Assembly (NCBI GenBank): GCA_964448075.1
Contig: CAYUUR010000002.1
Location: forward strand, 94,010-158,009
Length of the DNA stretch: 64,000 nucleotides
DNA from: an uncultured Candidatus Saccharibacteria bacterium
GTDB lineage: Bacteria; Patescibacteriota; Saccharimonadia; Saccharimonadales; CAYUUR01
Reading direction: 5' to 3'
Below are positions 48,077 through 57,200 of the stretch, one piece after another; position 1 is the stretch's first letter; every line of letters starts with the position of its first letter. The position numbers and the translations under genes are program-made. A model generated the notes under the pieces. It did not search any database and was not told the DNA's origin. It saw only the letters and a list, made by a program, of their open reading frames with translations.

Positions 48077-48103
48077 TTAGCACTTGAATGTGTTGAGTGC
48101 TAA
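48077..48103. promoter_or_regulatory. CIRCE operator (HrcA-binding inverted repeat)
   Basis: TTAGCACTT-N9-GAGTGCTAA lies between the promoter and the AAGGAGG RBS of groES. An additional half-site, AGCACTC (revcomp GAGTGCT), follows 5 nt further at 48109-48115. Confidence 0.85.
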
Positions 48104-48115
48104 CTTTCAGCACTC

Positions 48116-48145
48116 AATATAGCGGACTGCCAAAACCCCTGTCAA
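48116..48145 (-). promoter_or_regulatory. sigma70-type promoter of groES-groEL
   Basis: On the minus strand: TTGACA, 18-nt spacer, TATATT, immediately upstream of CIRCE. The -35 overlaps the stop codon of the upstream gene. Confidence 0.6.
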
Positions 48146-49176
48146 GTTTCTGTTTCGCTGCTCTCGGGTCGATGCTTTGCAAGCTCAAAATATGCTTCAA
48201 TGTCTTCTCTTGATAATTCTTCCAGATACTCACACACCACATCAATCATAATGATCGCTTCTTCCCCGTAGTTCGCAGCAAACCGCAAAGCTGGATGACG
48301 CAAGGTGCTCCGGTAGTTTGACAAGAAAGCCGATCTAAACACTTGGTTGCGTCCTTTTTTATCAAGGCCTTCGAGATAGCCTTCAGCATATAAGGAACCA
48401 ATCAGCACTAATAGATCATTAGTTATCTCTTGCTGCAAAAGCTCTAGGTTCGGCGCCTCAGGCGTGTGTACTAAGACCATTTGCTCAAGGTCAATCGCAC
48501 GTATTACTCCCTTACATGCAGCAAAGTTCTTTATCTGGGCATCTCGATGCACAAACCCGTTGGCATGCAGGCGACCGAGCGTGTAGGCGGCGCGCTCCAG
48601 ACCTTCTAGGTTAGTAATATGCTCAAACATTTTGTCATCTGCAGATTTTTGCCAGTCAATGTTATCAAGGGACGTTACATGTTCTTCGAAGTGCGTCAGA
48701 TAAAAGATATTCCCTTGGTAATCAACGAGGAATCCCAACGGCTTAAACGATTCAATAAATCCAGAGCTATTGATGACTTGCGTTGCTGCGTACTCATGCA
48801 CAGCATACTCAGCCCAGCCCGGATATGGCTTTACCGCGATAGGCATCGTGATGGCTTCGCCATCGTCAAATCCAAGCGTGAGATTGCCAAATTCAACTTC
48901 ATGGTACGACGCTTCACGACCTTCCTTCCATTCCGGAACCTCCACATAAGAGGTAGTACTAATACTTCGCTCATAAGCCCTCATCTCAGCGTTAAATTCG
49001 GGTGAGAACCAGAACTGTGCACCCTGCGTTTGTAGCCCTTCGGCAAGCCCAGGCACACCAAAGAGATTCATGACTGGTGTTTCTACTTCATTCGGGATGA
49101 CCGTGTGTAACGGGGAAAATCCCGGCACAACAAACTCGGGTCGCTCAAAAGGATTAAATTGCTCCATTTGATTCAA
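48142..49176 (-). CDS. protein-kinase-like fold protein (RIO/Kdo/aminoglycoside-kinase-like), hypothetical
   Basis: IAVKPY (VAIK-like Lys), LHANGFVHRDAQIKNF (HRD...N catalytic loop) and IRAIDLE (DFG-equivalent). Confidence 0.5.
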   Translation of the reverse strand: MNQMEQFNPFERPEFVVPGFSPLHTVIPNEVETPVMNLFGVPGLAEGLQTQGAQFWFSPEFNAEMRAYERSISTTSYVEVPEWKEGREASYHEVEFGNLTLGFDDGEAITMPIAVKPYPGWAEYAVHEYAATQVINSSGFIESFKPLGFLVDYQGNIFYLTHFEEHVTSLDNIDWQKSADDKMFEHITNLEGLERAAYTLGRLHANGFVHRDAQIKNFAACKGVIRAIDLEQMVLVHTPEAPNLELLQQEITNDLLVLIGSLYAEGYLEGLDKKGRNQVFRSAFLSNYRSTLRHPALRFAANYGEEAIIMIDVVCEYLEELSREDIEAYFELAKHRPESSETET

Positions 49177-49244
49177 TATTATACTGTTTTTCTACAATAA
49201 ATCAAATGCAGGAGCCTTTGCGTTGTTTGGTACAATAGACCCTA

Positions 49245-50042
49245 ATGACAAAAACAATCCTTATGTGCGCGCCCGAGTTCTTCGACATCGAGTACGAAAT
49301 CAACCCCTGGATGCACACAGACAACCAAGTTGACACCTCGCTAGCAGGCAAACAATGGCAGCAGCTCTACCAAATCTACACTGAAAAGCTGAACTGGGAT
49401 GTGCAACTTATCGACCCAGTGAACCATCTGCCAGACATGGTTTTCACAGCTAATGGCGCTTTGGTCATCGATGGCAAAGTTGCCTTGCCGCGCTTTCGCC
49501 ACCCTGACCGTCAACCAGAGACAGACAAGTTCAAGACATGGTTTGAGGCAGCTGGTTACGATGCATTCCTACTGCCAAAGTACGATTTTGAAGGCGAAGG
49601 CGACGCCCTGCCATGGAACGACAAAATCTTTGTTGGCTACCCTTGGCGTTCAGACCTAGCCTGCCACAAAGAAATAACCGACTTTTTTGACAAAGAGGTT
49701 ATCAGTGTGCAGCTCGCTGACGCTCGTTTCTACCACCTTGATACCTGTCTAACAATTGTTAGCAATGACACAGTAGCGGTCTGGCCCAAGGCCTTTACCA
49801 AAGACAGTCTAGAACTGATACACAAAACAGTCCCTCACGTCATCAACGCCAGCGACGAAGATGCCCTCGCCTACGGACTCAACGCCATGAGCGACGGCAA
49901 GAACATCGTATTATCAGACAAGGCAACCAGCCTGATCGCCAAATACCGCGCCCATGGCATGACCGTACACCCGACTCCGATCAGCGAGTTCAAAAAATCA
50001 GGTGGTGGCGTCAAATGCCTCACCCTTGAACTACGTAGCTAG
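49245..50042 (+). CDS. amidinotransferase-fold protein (DDAH/arginine-deiminase-related)
   Basis: ILMCAPEFFDIEYEINPWM, FYHLDTC and C-terminal SGGGVKCLTLEL (catalytic Cys). Confidence 0.7.
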   Translation: MTKTILMCAPEFFDIEYEINPWMHTDNQVDTSLAGKQWQQLYQIYTEKLNWDVQLIDPVNHLPDMVFTANGALVIDGKVALPRFRHPDRQPETDKFKTWFEAAGYDAFLLPKYDFEGEGDALPWNDKIFVGYPWRSDLACHKEITDFFDKEVISVQLADARFYHLDTCLTIVSNDTVAVWPKAFTKDSLELIHKTVPHVINASDEDALAYGLNAMSDGKNIVLSDKATSLIAKYRAHGMTVHPTPISEFKKSGGGVKCLTLELRS

Positions 50043-50049
50043 TTGATTA

Positions 50050-50745
50050 TTACTTGTGTTTTAAGAAGAGTGTTTGTAGGACGCGTTCTTGGTCTTCGTG
50101 ATCATACAACGCACCAAGTGCAAAGACTGGCTTTTCGTCCATATCACCAAGCTTGACGATAATAGCTCGATTGCTCGTGCCAAGTACGCCTATCTTGTAG
50201 GCTGGCAGTGTTGTGTTGAGACTTCGTGCAGGTTGTACGTCCTTGACTTCACGATTACCGATAGAGATTGAGCGCTGACTACCCCTGCCTGCGAGTACTT
50301 CTTGCCACATAATTGGGATCTTTTCCTTAACGATTGAGTCGACCAGCTTGTCCTTTATACCTTCACGTTGCAGATGTTCAGCAGCGCGGCGAGTAACTGG
50401 GTGGTCGTTGGTAAAATCAACGAAGAGGTATTTGAGCGAAGGTGTGGCAACTTCCGCGACCCGAATCTTTCGCGTTGAATCGTCATTCAGCCAGCCAATC
50501 TTGGCAAAATCAAATTTGAACGGCTGTGTCGGAGTTGTAGCCGTCTCCTGTTGATCCCACAGGCGAGCTCGTGCAATGTATTCATCTGTTTCCGCTTGAA
50601 GCGCTTCTGTCATAGCCAACTCTGCTGCAAGTTCAGCTATCAACGCTTTTTGCTCATCCCGCTCGCGAGTGGTTAGAAGTGGTAGTTCTGCCTCAAGCTC
50701 GCTCAAAAATGCGCGTTCAGGATTTACGGCTTCGTGATCTGTCAT
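50050..50745 (-). CDS. hypothetical protein
   Basis: 231-aa ORF with an N-terminal acidic coiled coil. Last gene of the minus-strand array that starts at 55754. Confidence 0.5.
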   Translation of the reverse strand: MTDHEAVNPERAFLSELEAELPLLTTRERDEQKALIAELAAELAMTEALQAETDEYIARARLWDQQETATTPTQPFKFDFAKIGWLNDDSTRKIRVAEVATPSLKYLFVDFTNDHPVTRRAAEHLQREGIKDKLVDSIVKEKIPIMWQEVLAGRGSQRSISIGNREVKDVQPARSLNTTLPAYKIGVLGTSNRAIIVKLGDMDEKPVFALGALYDHEDQERVLQTLFLKHK

Positions 50746-50766
50746 AATATATATACTATAGCATAT

Positions 50767-51342
50767 CTATGCTTCTGGGTCAATGCTCGGTTGATTCTTT
50801 TTGTTGGGCACTTGTTTGATTATTCTGTGAATCAATTCGCGCTGCCCTGCTATGCGTGCCGCCTCAGCCAGACGCTTGGCGTGCTCTTGGGGCTGACCGA
50901 TCAGACCAGGGTCTGCATCATCGATCTCGTCTAATTCCTCTACCAGCTCTTCATCGAGCTCATCTAGCCATTGTTTAAGCGCGTGGCCGATATGTATAGG
51001 CGTATTATCCTTATCTGGATATGAACTGCGGGCACGATTTTCTCTGAGCTCAATTTCTCGCTCTACAAAGCTATCAACATAGTCGTAAGGCAGTGTGAAC
51101 GGTCCCCAGCCAAAGTAAAAGAACGTAACCTCATGTTCCGGATCGATATCAAGTTGCCAGGCCCGTTCTTCTTCATCAGATATGCTTATGCCACCTTTAC
51201 CACAGTTAGCCTCCATAACGGCATCATCAAACATCGTACGTAAAGCAGGTGCACCCAAACTGTGCACAAGCTGACTGAACACTAATTCGGGTGTTGTTTC
51301 GTACAAACCAAAGCCATGATTCTTCTCTACCATTTCACCCAT
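50767..51342 (-). CDS. hypothetical acidic protein (candidate immunity partner of the upstream EndoU-like protein)
   Basis: 191-aa ORF starting 20 nt after the EndoU-like gene. Very acidic C-terminal half (ELDEELVEELDEIDDAD). Confidence 0.45.
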   Translation of the reverse strand: MGEMVEKNHGFGLYETTPELVFSQLVHSLGAPALRTMFDDAVMEANCGKGGISISDEEERAWQLDIDPEHEVTFFYFGWGPFTLPYDYVDSFVEREIELRENRARSSYPDKDNTPIHIGHALKQWLDELDEELVEELDEIDDADPGLIGQPQEHAKRLAEAARIAGQRELIHRIIKQVPNKKNQPSIDPEA

Positions 51343-51362
51343 TATAACATATTGTAGGGTTA

Positions 51363-52142
51363 TTATAAAGTACGGGCTTGCGAGTCAGTTGCTGTGGTTA
51401 CTTCATGCGTCATAAGGTGTTCACCTGCTTGTTCGTTTGTAAGTCTCATGCGACTTTCTGGCGTTGGTACAGGATAAGCGCTAATGATTTTCTCAGTGTC
51501 TGGGTCAAGAATCATTCGTAGTGTTATCGACGCATGTGCATCAATCAGCGGCGCTTCTCCGTAGACTTCGATCACCTCACCGTGGCTGCTGGCTACACGC
51601 TTTTCACTGGTTACATCACGACTACCGTAGGCTGCTTCAATTGTTTTCAGCACTGCAAGGGAATCATATTCTTTTGGGTACATAACATTCTTGGTGTTAA
51701 TAATTGTTGGTTCATTGGTTTGTGGATCGATATGCCAAGTTTTCTTTGGTTTTCCATTAATGACCACTCGGGCTTTGTAAGGCTCAAATGGCCTTTCGGC
51801 AAATTCACTTCGGGCGCGAGAGTTTGCTCCATCTAGATGAGATCTATCAACATGGGTCAGACCATCAGAAATGCCCGCTTCATCAAGTACCGCCACCGAA
51901 GTTTCATGATGAAAACCCTGAACCATTTTTTCTCCCGTGTCTGATTCCAGCTGTTCACCTACAAGTGCGTGCATTAACCCATCGCGCCCTGTTTCTGAGT
52001 CGTAATAGAACATGTCAATTAATCCAGATTGTTCAGCAAACTCGTAATCTGTACCGAGCAGTGCGCGTAACTTCAGCTCACGCTGCGCATCAACAGGGGT
52101 TTCAAAGTCAATTTGTTGGGGTGGTCGCTCTATGGTTGTCAT
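51363..52142 (-). CDS. bacterial EndoU-like nuclease domain protein
   Basis: The C-terminal 185 aa contain, in order: GFHHETS ... NGKPKKT ... NVMYPKEYDSLAVLKTIEAAYG ... GEVIEVYG ... EKIISAYPV. This follows the pattern G(G)H ... K ... (S)TxFPxxW/Y-s...i..a ... I.TaYP of bacterial EndoU toxin domains. Confidence 0.55.
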   Translation of the reverse strand: MTTIERPPQQIDFETPVDAQRELKLRALLGTDYEFAEQSGLIDMFYYDSETGRDGLMHALVGEQLESDTGEKMVQGFHHETSVAVLDEAGISDGLTHVDRSHLDGANSRARSEFAERPFEPYKARVVINGKPKKTWHIDPQTNEPTIINTKNVMYPKEYDSLAVLKTIEAAYGSRDVTSEKRVASSHGEVIEVYGEAPLIDAHASITLRMILDPDTEKIISAYPVPTPESRMRLTNEQAGEHLMTHEVTTATDSQARTL

Positions 52143-52221
52143 GTGTTTTCGGTTTTTTGTTTAGAGTTAACAGATACATGTTATCATGCTTTTGCTTAAA
52201 TGTCAATTGAGTGAGTTATGC

Positions 52222-53577
52222 TTACTTCTTGAGGGCTTGGCGGGCGGTGGCGACTTCGTCCCAAGGGTGTTCAATGACGCGTTCGGGGTTGTGGTCGTCT
52301 TGTTGCAGGTGTCGGAGTTCAGCGGCCTTAGGGCCATTGCGCAGAATGTCTTTTTCGTGTCCCTTACCCAGCAATATGACCGTGTCACCCTTGTTGGCGC
52401 GCTGCATGGCAAAGGCAATAGCCTCGGTGCGATCATGCACCATGAACAAATCTTTATCCCTAGTTTTGCCTGATTCGGCCGCCCCTTCAGCAATCTGCTC
52501 CATGATCTCTTGACCATCCATATCGCGGTCGTCTTCTTCAGTAATAATAATCTCATCAGCGTACCTACCGGCAATTCGCCCCTGTTCAGCTCGCTTGGAT
52601 TCATCACGTCGGCCAGCTGAGCCAAACAGACAGATCAGCTTGCCTTTCACGACCGGACGCAAATCTTTGAATAACTTCTCGAAGCTGTCTGGCGTGTGTG
52701 CATAATCAATGATAACGTCAAAGTCCTGGCCTTCATCCACACGCGTCATCCGGCCTTCAACGCTCTCAAGCGCAGCAATGCCTTGTTCTATCTGCTCCCT
52801 ATTCAACCCAACGACACGACCAACACCAACCGCCGCCAAAGAATTCGCTACGTTGAAACTACCCGGCAAATGACAGGTAATATCGTAAGTCTCCCCATCA
52901 ACAGAGACTTCATACCTACTGCCCTTCGGCGTCAACTGTATGTTGCTAGCACGTAGATCGCCTGAATCAACACCGTACATAACGGTATTCTTAATAGCGC
53001 TGGCGAAAACCTCTGCATTTGGGTCATCAGCATTTATAACACCAGTTCGCAGGCCTTTATGATTACGGTTAGCGATCTCAAAAAGTTTGCGCTTGGCCGC
53101 CAGGTAGCGCTCAAACGTTTTGTGATAATCCAGGTGTTCGTGTGTGATGTTGGTGAGTACAGCAACACTGTACGGCACACCCCAGACGCGATGCTGTACC
53201 AAAGCATGACTGGTCGTCTCCAACACCAACCATTCGACACCTTCTGAACGCAAATACTTGAGGCGTTTCATGAGTTCTGGCACTCCGACACTCGTCATGT
53301 GCTCGGCTTGTGGTTTGATGTCCATTCCGGCACCAAAGGCCACCGTCGTCATCAGGCCAACCTTGCAGCCGGCTTCATGGAGCATGCGATGCACCAAAAA
53401 AGCCGTCGTCGTCTTACCGTTAGTGCCAGTAATGCCAACTACTTTGAATTTACGCCCCGGAAAACCATGTATTGCATTGAAGAAAACCGCCTCTGCCAAA
53501 TGCCCTACCGGTTCTATCTTTTGGAATACTGACCGAGGAATAAACTTCTTAACAATTTTTCGTGGGTTCATTATCAA
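52222..53577 (-). CDS. Mur ligase family protein (MurE-like UDP-MurNAc-dipeptide amino acid ligase)
   Basis: VVGITGTNGKTTT, TNITHEHLDYH, DYAHTPDS and GSAGRRDESKR. The position of the DAP-specific DNPR motif reads EEDDRD. Confidence 0.85.
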   Translation of the reverse strand: MIMNPRKIVKKFIPRSVFQKIEPVGHLAEAVFFNAIHGFPGRKFKVVGITGTNGKTTTAFLVHRMLHEAGCKVGLMTTVAFGAGMDIKPQAEHMTSVGVPELMKRLKYLRSEGVEWLVLETTSHALVQHRVWGVPYSVAVLTNITHEHLDYHKTFERYLAAKRKLFEIANRNHKGLRTGVINADDPNAEVFASAIKNTVMYGVDSGDLRASNIQLTPKGSRYEVSVDGETYDITCHLPGSFNVANSLAAVGVGRVVGLNREQIEQGIAALESVEGRMTRVDEGQDFDVIIDYAHTPDSFEKLFKDLRPVVKGKLICLFGSAGRRDESKRAEQGRIAGRYADEIIITEEDDRDMDGQEIMEQIAEGAAESGKTRDKDLFMVHDRTEAIAFAMQRANKGDTVILLGKGHEKDILRNGPKAAELRHLQQDDHNPERVIEHPWDEVATARQALKK

Positions 53578-53610
53578 TTAAGTATACAAGTAGACCGCCC
53601 ACAACGAAAC

Positions 53611-54387
53611 TTACCAGTCATCTTGTGATTGCACGGAACCCTCAACTGGACTGTACGACTGCGGGCCAATGGCTATACGTGCTTGCGAACCAAGATAGCG
53701 GCGTTTGTTTGCACTCTCCACGCCAATCATCAGCTGGCTCAACCGTTGTCTGAATTCATCTCTATCATCAAGTGGCAGACTATTCTGGCCATTCAACATA
53801 GAGAATTGTGCCAGAAGCTCGTTAAGGCGGATGGGGTCGTCTTCTAACTCTTTAAGGCCTTCATTATTAAGACCGATTTCTTCTATAACAGACCGGATTT
53901 CAGGTTTACTAAACAGTTCGTCCAGTCCTTTATTAACCCAAGGTTCATATCCCTCTGTGTCATGATCTACACGATACTCTACTGCCTCAGCGGCAATTTC
54001 TCGCGGGAGCAACCATTCATTAGAAAACGCATGACCACCGTTTGCAGCGATCATTGTTTCGACGGGCAAATTACGTGCGTTATAACGTAGCGCAACTTCC
54101 TCTGGTACGTCGACAAATTGATGACGACGATAACTCTCTCCATGGCTTAACTGACGTCCGCCAGCATACCCTTCTGCATCATTGGGGTTATCTGTAAACC
54201 AGCGACCAGCAGTGTCTAAGGCGGTTGATCGCCCGGTAATGTCCTTAATTATCGGACTTCCGGTATCGTCGACAATATCACCTCTGTATAGACGAACATA
54301 CCCTTCTGCCAAGGGCGGAAGCGGAATCTCCGGTTGCGCCATGATCTCGGCAGGAATTTGGACCAGTGCGCTTTCAATCGTACGCAT
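53611..54387 (-). CDS. hypothetical protein with ADP-ribosyltransferase-like (R-S-E type) motif order in the N-terminal ~140 aa
   Basis: VRLYRGD (arom-R-G), RWFTDNPNDAEGYAG (hh-[ST]-x...A..Y/F) and SNEWLLPRE (xE-h-LLP-R, cf. C3 QLEVLLPR). Tentative. Confidence 0.4.
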   Translation of the reverse strand: MRTIESALVQIPAEIMAQPEIPLPPLAEGYVRLYRGDIVDDTGSPIIKDITGRSTALDTAGRWFTDNPNDAEGYAGGRQLSHGESYRRHQFVDVPEEVALRYNARNLPVETMIAANGGHAFSNEWLLPREIAAEAVEYRVDHDTEGYEPWVNKGLDELFSKPEIRSVIEEIGLNNEGLKELEDDPIRLNELLAQFSMLNGQNSLPLDDRDEFRQRLSQLMIGVESANKRRYLGSQARIAIGPQSYSPVEGSVQSQDDW

Positions 54388-54392
54388 AAGCC

Positions 54393-55754
54393 TTACTTGT
54401 TCAACGCTTCCATAAACTCTGCTTCACGATCAGACAAATAGCCACGGAGGTTTGGATGGGCTTCGGCGGTTTGATCAATGGTCAGGCGTACTACATCGAG
54501 CACGGCATCACGATCGTCTTGGCTCACAAGTTGCAGATTACGAGCGAAGTCTTCAGGATAGGTAATCATAATGTTAAGTGTTGAGGCAGCAAGCTCATCA
54601 ACTCCGTCGTAGGGATGGCCCATTGCTTCAGAATCCGCGAGATAGTTGCTTTCTTTTAGTACACGATACAGGCTCAAGTCGCCAATTACATTGCCAAGAG
54701 CAACATTGGCATCATCCATCAGCCCATACATTTCGTCTGGAGCATTGGCTACCGCGCCTTCCTGAGGATTACCAAGTGCCAGCATGTCGCCACGAATCTT
54801 AGCCATACGGCCAATACTGCTGACACTGCATTCCGGTAAAACTTGCTCTATCGATGCATCTGGGCTGGCAGTCTCTGGGGTCGGTTGTAATGTAATCCAG
54901 TCACCGTTACGGACTGAATCAGCCAGTACATCGTAGCGTTGACTAAGCACTGGATCTGGGGCAAGCTCGGAGATCTGTCGCAAAGTTGGTTCTAGGGTCT
55001 GTAAGTTATACTTCACACCTTCCAAGGCTGTGCCACGTAGGTTTGCACACGCACTTGCAAACTGACGCTGTACCTCTGGATTGGCTTCGCCCTTAGACCA
55101 GCTGGAAACTGCTGCGCTACTAAATAATCCATGGCCAACAACCTCGTGGGTCAAGTACTGTTCCATAAACTCTGCATCAATATCCCCAGCGTCTGGCGAT
55201 ATTTCAAAAACTGCTTGTTTATTCTTGACGTCCAGGTAACCGTAAACGTAGCCAGCGTCTCGCTCAATATCTGTACTTTCCCGTTCATCAAGCGCAAACA
55301 CAATCGAATCAACGTTTCCTTTCAACGCTTCTTTAACGGGCTCTTCTAGCGCTGCAACGCGCGCTGAAAACCAGGCTGCATCTTCTTGTTTCATGCCATC
55401 AGGAGAAGTATCGGTCAGGACGAGCCTGTCGTCTTGCAAATCCACGCGCGCAAACGGTGCGTATGACATACTCCCTAGTTCCGTCTCGACATTCATGGTT
55501 GCTTTCTGTTGTGACTCCTCACTCGAGAAGCCCAACCGTGTCGTATCAATGTATAGTGATGCCACCTGTTGAGCCGTTTCGTTGCGCTCGCTCGTAACCT
55601 CGTAAACACCCTCTTGCGTGATATGGGTAGTCGCTGTCGCCTCAGAGCTCGGGGTGACTTCCCCGCCACTTGCACAAGCCGCCAATAAAAGCCCGGCCAT
55701 CGCTGCCGGCACTGCAGTTTGAGTCAACTTTTCTATGTTTTTATGTTCCGACAT
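54393..55754 (-). CDS. lipoprotein with HExxH zincin-like motif
   Basis: Signal peptide with lipobox LLLAAC. YLTHEVVGHGLF motif near residue 210. Confidence 0.55.
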   Translation of the reverse strand: MSEHKNIEKLTQTAVPAAMAGLLLAACASGGEVTPSSEATATTHITQEGVYEVTSERNETAQQVASLYIDTTRLGFSSEESQQKATMNVETELGSMSYAPFARVDLQDDRLVLTDTSPDGMKQEDAAWFSARVAALEEPVKEALKGNVDSIVFALDERESTDIERDAGYVYGYLDVKNKQAVFEISPDAGDIDAEFMEQYLTHEVVGHGLFSSAAVSSWSKGEANPEVQRQFASACANLRGTALEGVKYNLQTLEPTLRQISELAPDPVLSQRYDVLADSVRNGDWITLQPTPETASPDASIEQVLPECSVSSIGRMAKIRGDMLALGNPQEGAVANAPDEMYGLMDDANVALGNVIGDLSLYRVLKESNYLADSEAMGHPYDGVDELAASTLNIMITYPEDFARNLQLVSQDDRDAVLDVVRLTIDQTAEAHPNLRGYLSDREAEFMEALNK

Positions 55755-55826
55755 TACACTATAAACATTAGCATATTATTGCGCATATGGCAATAGACGT
55801 GCTTACTAATCTGGTATGCTATAGGG

Positions 55827-56888
55827 GTGAAAATTCTAGGTATTGAAAGTAGTTGTGACGAGACGAGTGCGGCAGTGGTTGAAGACGGCAAGCGTTTACT
55901 GTCTGTTATGACAGCATCTAGCATGGATCTGCACGCCCAGTACGGCGGCGTCATTCCAGAGGTGGCAGCCCGCAGCCATATCGAGGCAATTACCCCTGTT
56001 ATCAAAGATGCCCTGGCGCAAAGTAAGTGCCAGTGGGCAGATATTGATGCTATTGCCGTCACTTACGGAGCTGGACTTGGTGGATCGCTTTTAGTCGGCG
56101 TCATGACTGCCCGTACGTTGGCAATTACACACAACAAACCACTCTATCCCATTAATCACGTCGAAGCACATGTCTACGCTAACTTCTTAACCGAGTCCTC
56201 CTTACCCGACTACGTCCTACCAGCAAAACAGCCAGAGTTTCCACTTTTAGCCTTAATTGTCAGTGGTGGCCACAGCCAGCTCGTGCTGTTCAGAGATCAT
56301 TTTGATTACACATTACTTGGACAAACCCATGACGACGCCATTGGCGAGGCTTTTGATAAGGTGGCGAAGGTTCTCGGCCTCCCCTACCCCGGCGGCCCAA
56401 GTGTTGGTAAAAAAGCCTTAGACGGCAATGCACATGCATTTACCTTCCCGAAGGCCAAGATGCCTGGCAAGTATGATTTCAGTTTCTCAGGGCCCAAGAC
56501 GGCTGTTTTACGAGCCGCCCAGAGCGCAATTGGCGCAGATCATAGTTTCCCCTCATTTAAGCTTTCAGAGAGGCTCTCTGAGGCGCAGAAGGCCGACATT
56601 GCAGCCAGCTTCCAGCGTATCGCTATTGAAACGGTGGCTGATAAGACGGTTTTGGCTTACGAAGAATTTCAACCAAAGAGCGTGGTCATTGCAGGTGGCG
56701 TCGCGGCCAGCCCAGAACTGCGTCGTCAATTAAGTGAGCGACTCCCCTTGCCTATTGCCTATACCGACCCTAAGCTTTGCACCGATAACGGCGCGATGGT
56801 GGCAACACTTGGCTGCTACCACAAGCTACACAACTCACCTGTAGCTGACCCCTACTCGCTTTCTATAAAGCCTAATCTATCGATGTAA
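55827..56888 (+). CDS. tsaD: tRNA N6-adenosine threonylcarbamoyltransferase
   Basis: GTG start. KILGIESSCDETSAAVV, HIEAI, SGGHSQL and TDNGAMVA. Confidence 0.95.
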   Translation: MKILGIESSCDETSAAVVEDGKRLLSVMTASSMDLHAQYGGVIPEVAARSHIEAITPVIKDALAQSKCQWADIDAIAVTYGAGLGGSLLVGVMTARTLAITHNKPLYPINHVEAHVYANFLTESSLPDYVLPAKQPEFPLLALIVSGGHSQLVLFRDHFDYTLLGQTHDDAIGEAFDKVAKVLGLPYPGGPSVGKKALDGNAHAFTFPKAKMPGKYDFSFSGPKTAVLRAAQSAIGADHSFPSFKLSERLSEAQKADIAASFQRIAIETVADKTVLAYEEFQPKSVVIAGGVAASPELRRQLSERLPLPIAYTDPKLCTDNGAMVATLGCYHKLHNSPVADPYSLSIKPNLSM

Positions 56889-57200
56889 ATCTTCTGGTGG
56901 TCGTAGTGCCATCACCGCGAGTATGTGCTCACCCATTCTTGCGCCATATGGATCACTTTCTCTGATCGCAGCATTGTGGGCGTGTGCTTCAGCACTCAGA
57001 TGGCCGTTATGGTTCGGGAAAACGGCCTGCGTACCATATTCGGCAGCTTCTTGCGCTTGCATAACCTCCAGTCGGCTCATTGTCTCGCCTTCTGTCGTCG
57101 TGACTGGCGCGTACAAATCGCTCACCGCAAACTCACCGATCTTAACGAGCGTCGGAGTGACTATTTCTGGCAGAGACTTCTTAATACTGTCATGATTCAT
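56877..57200 (-). CDS. hypothetical protein
   Basis: 107-aa ORF convergent with tsaD, overlapping it by 12 nt. Confidence 0.4.
   Translation of the reverse strand: MNHDSIKKSLPEIVTPTLVKIGEFAVSDLYAPVTTTEGETMSRLEVMQAQEAAEYGTQAVFPNHNGHLSAEAHAHNAAIRESDPYGARMGEHILAVMALRPPEDLHR

Noticed and set aside
52203-52625. 140-aa minus-strand alternative-frame ORF and two plus-strand ORFs over the 3' end of the Mur ligase gene.
   Set aside because: They overlap the motif-bearing Mur ligase frame and have no independent support.
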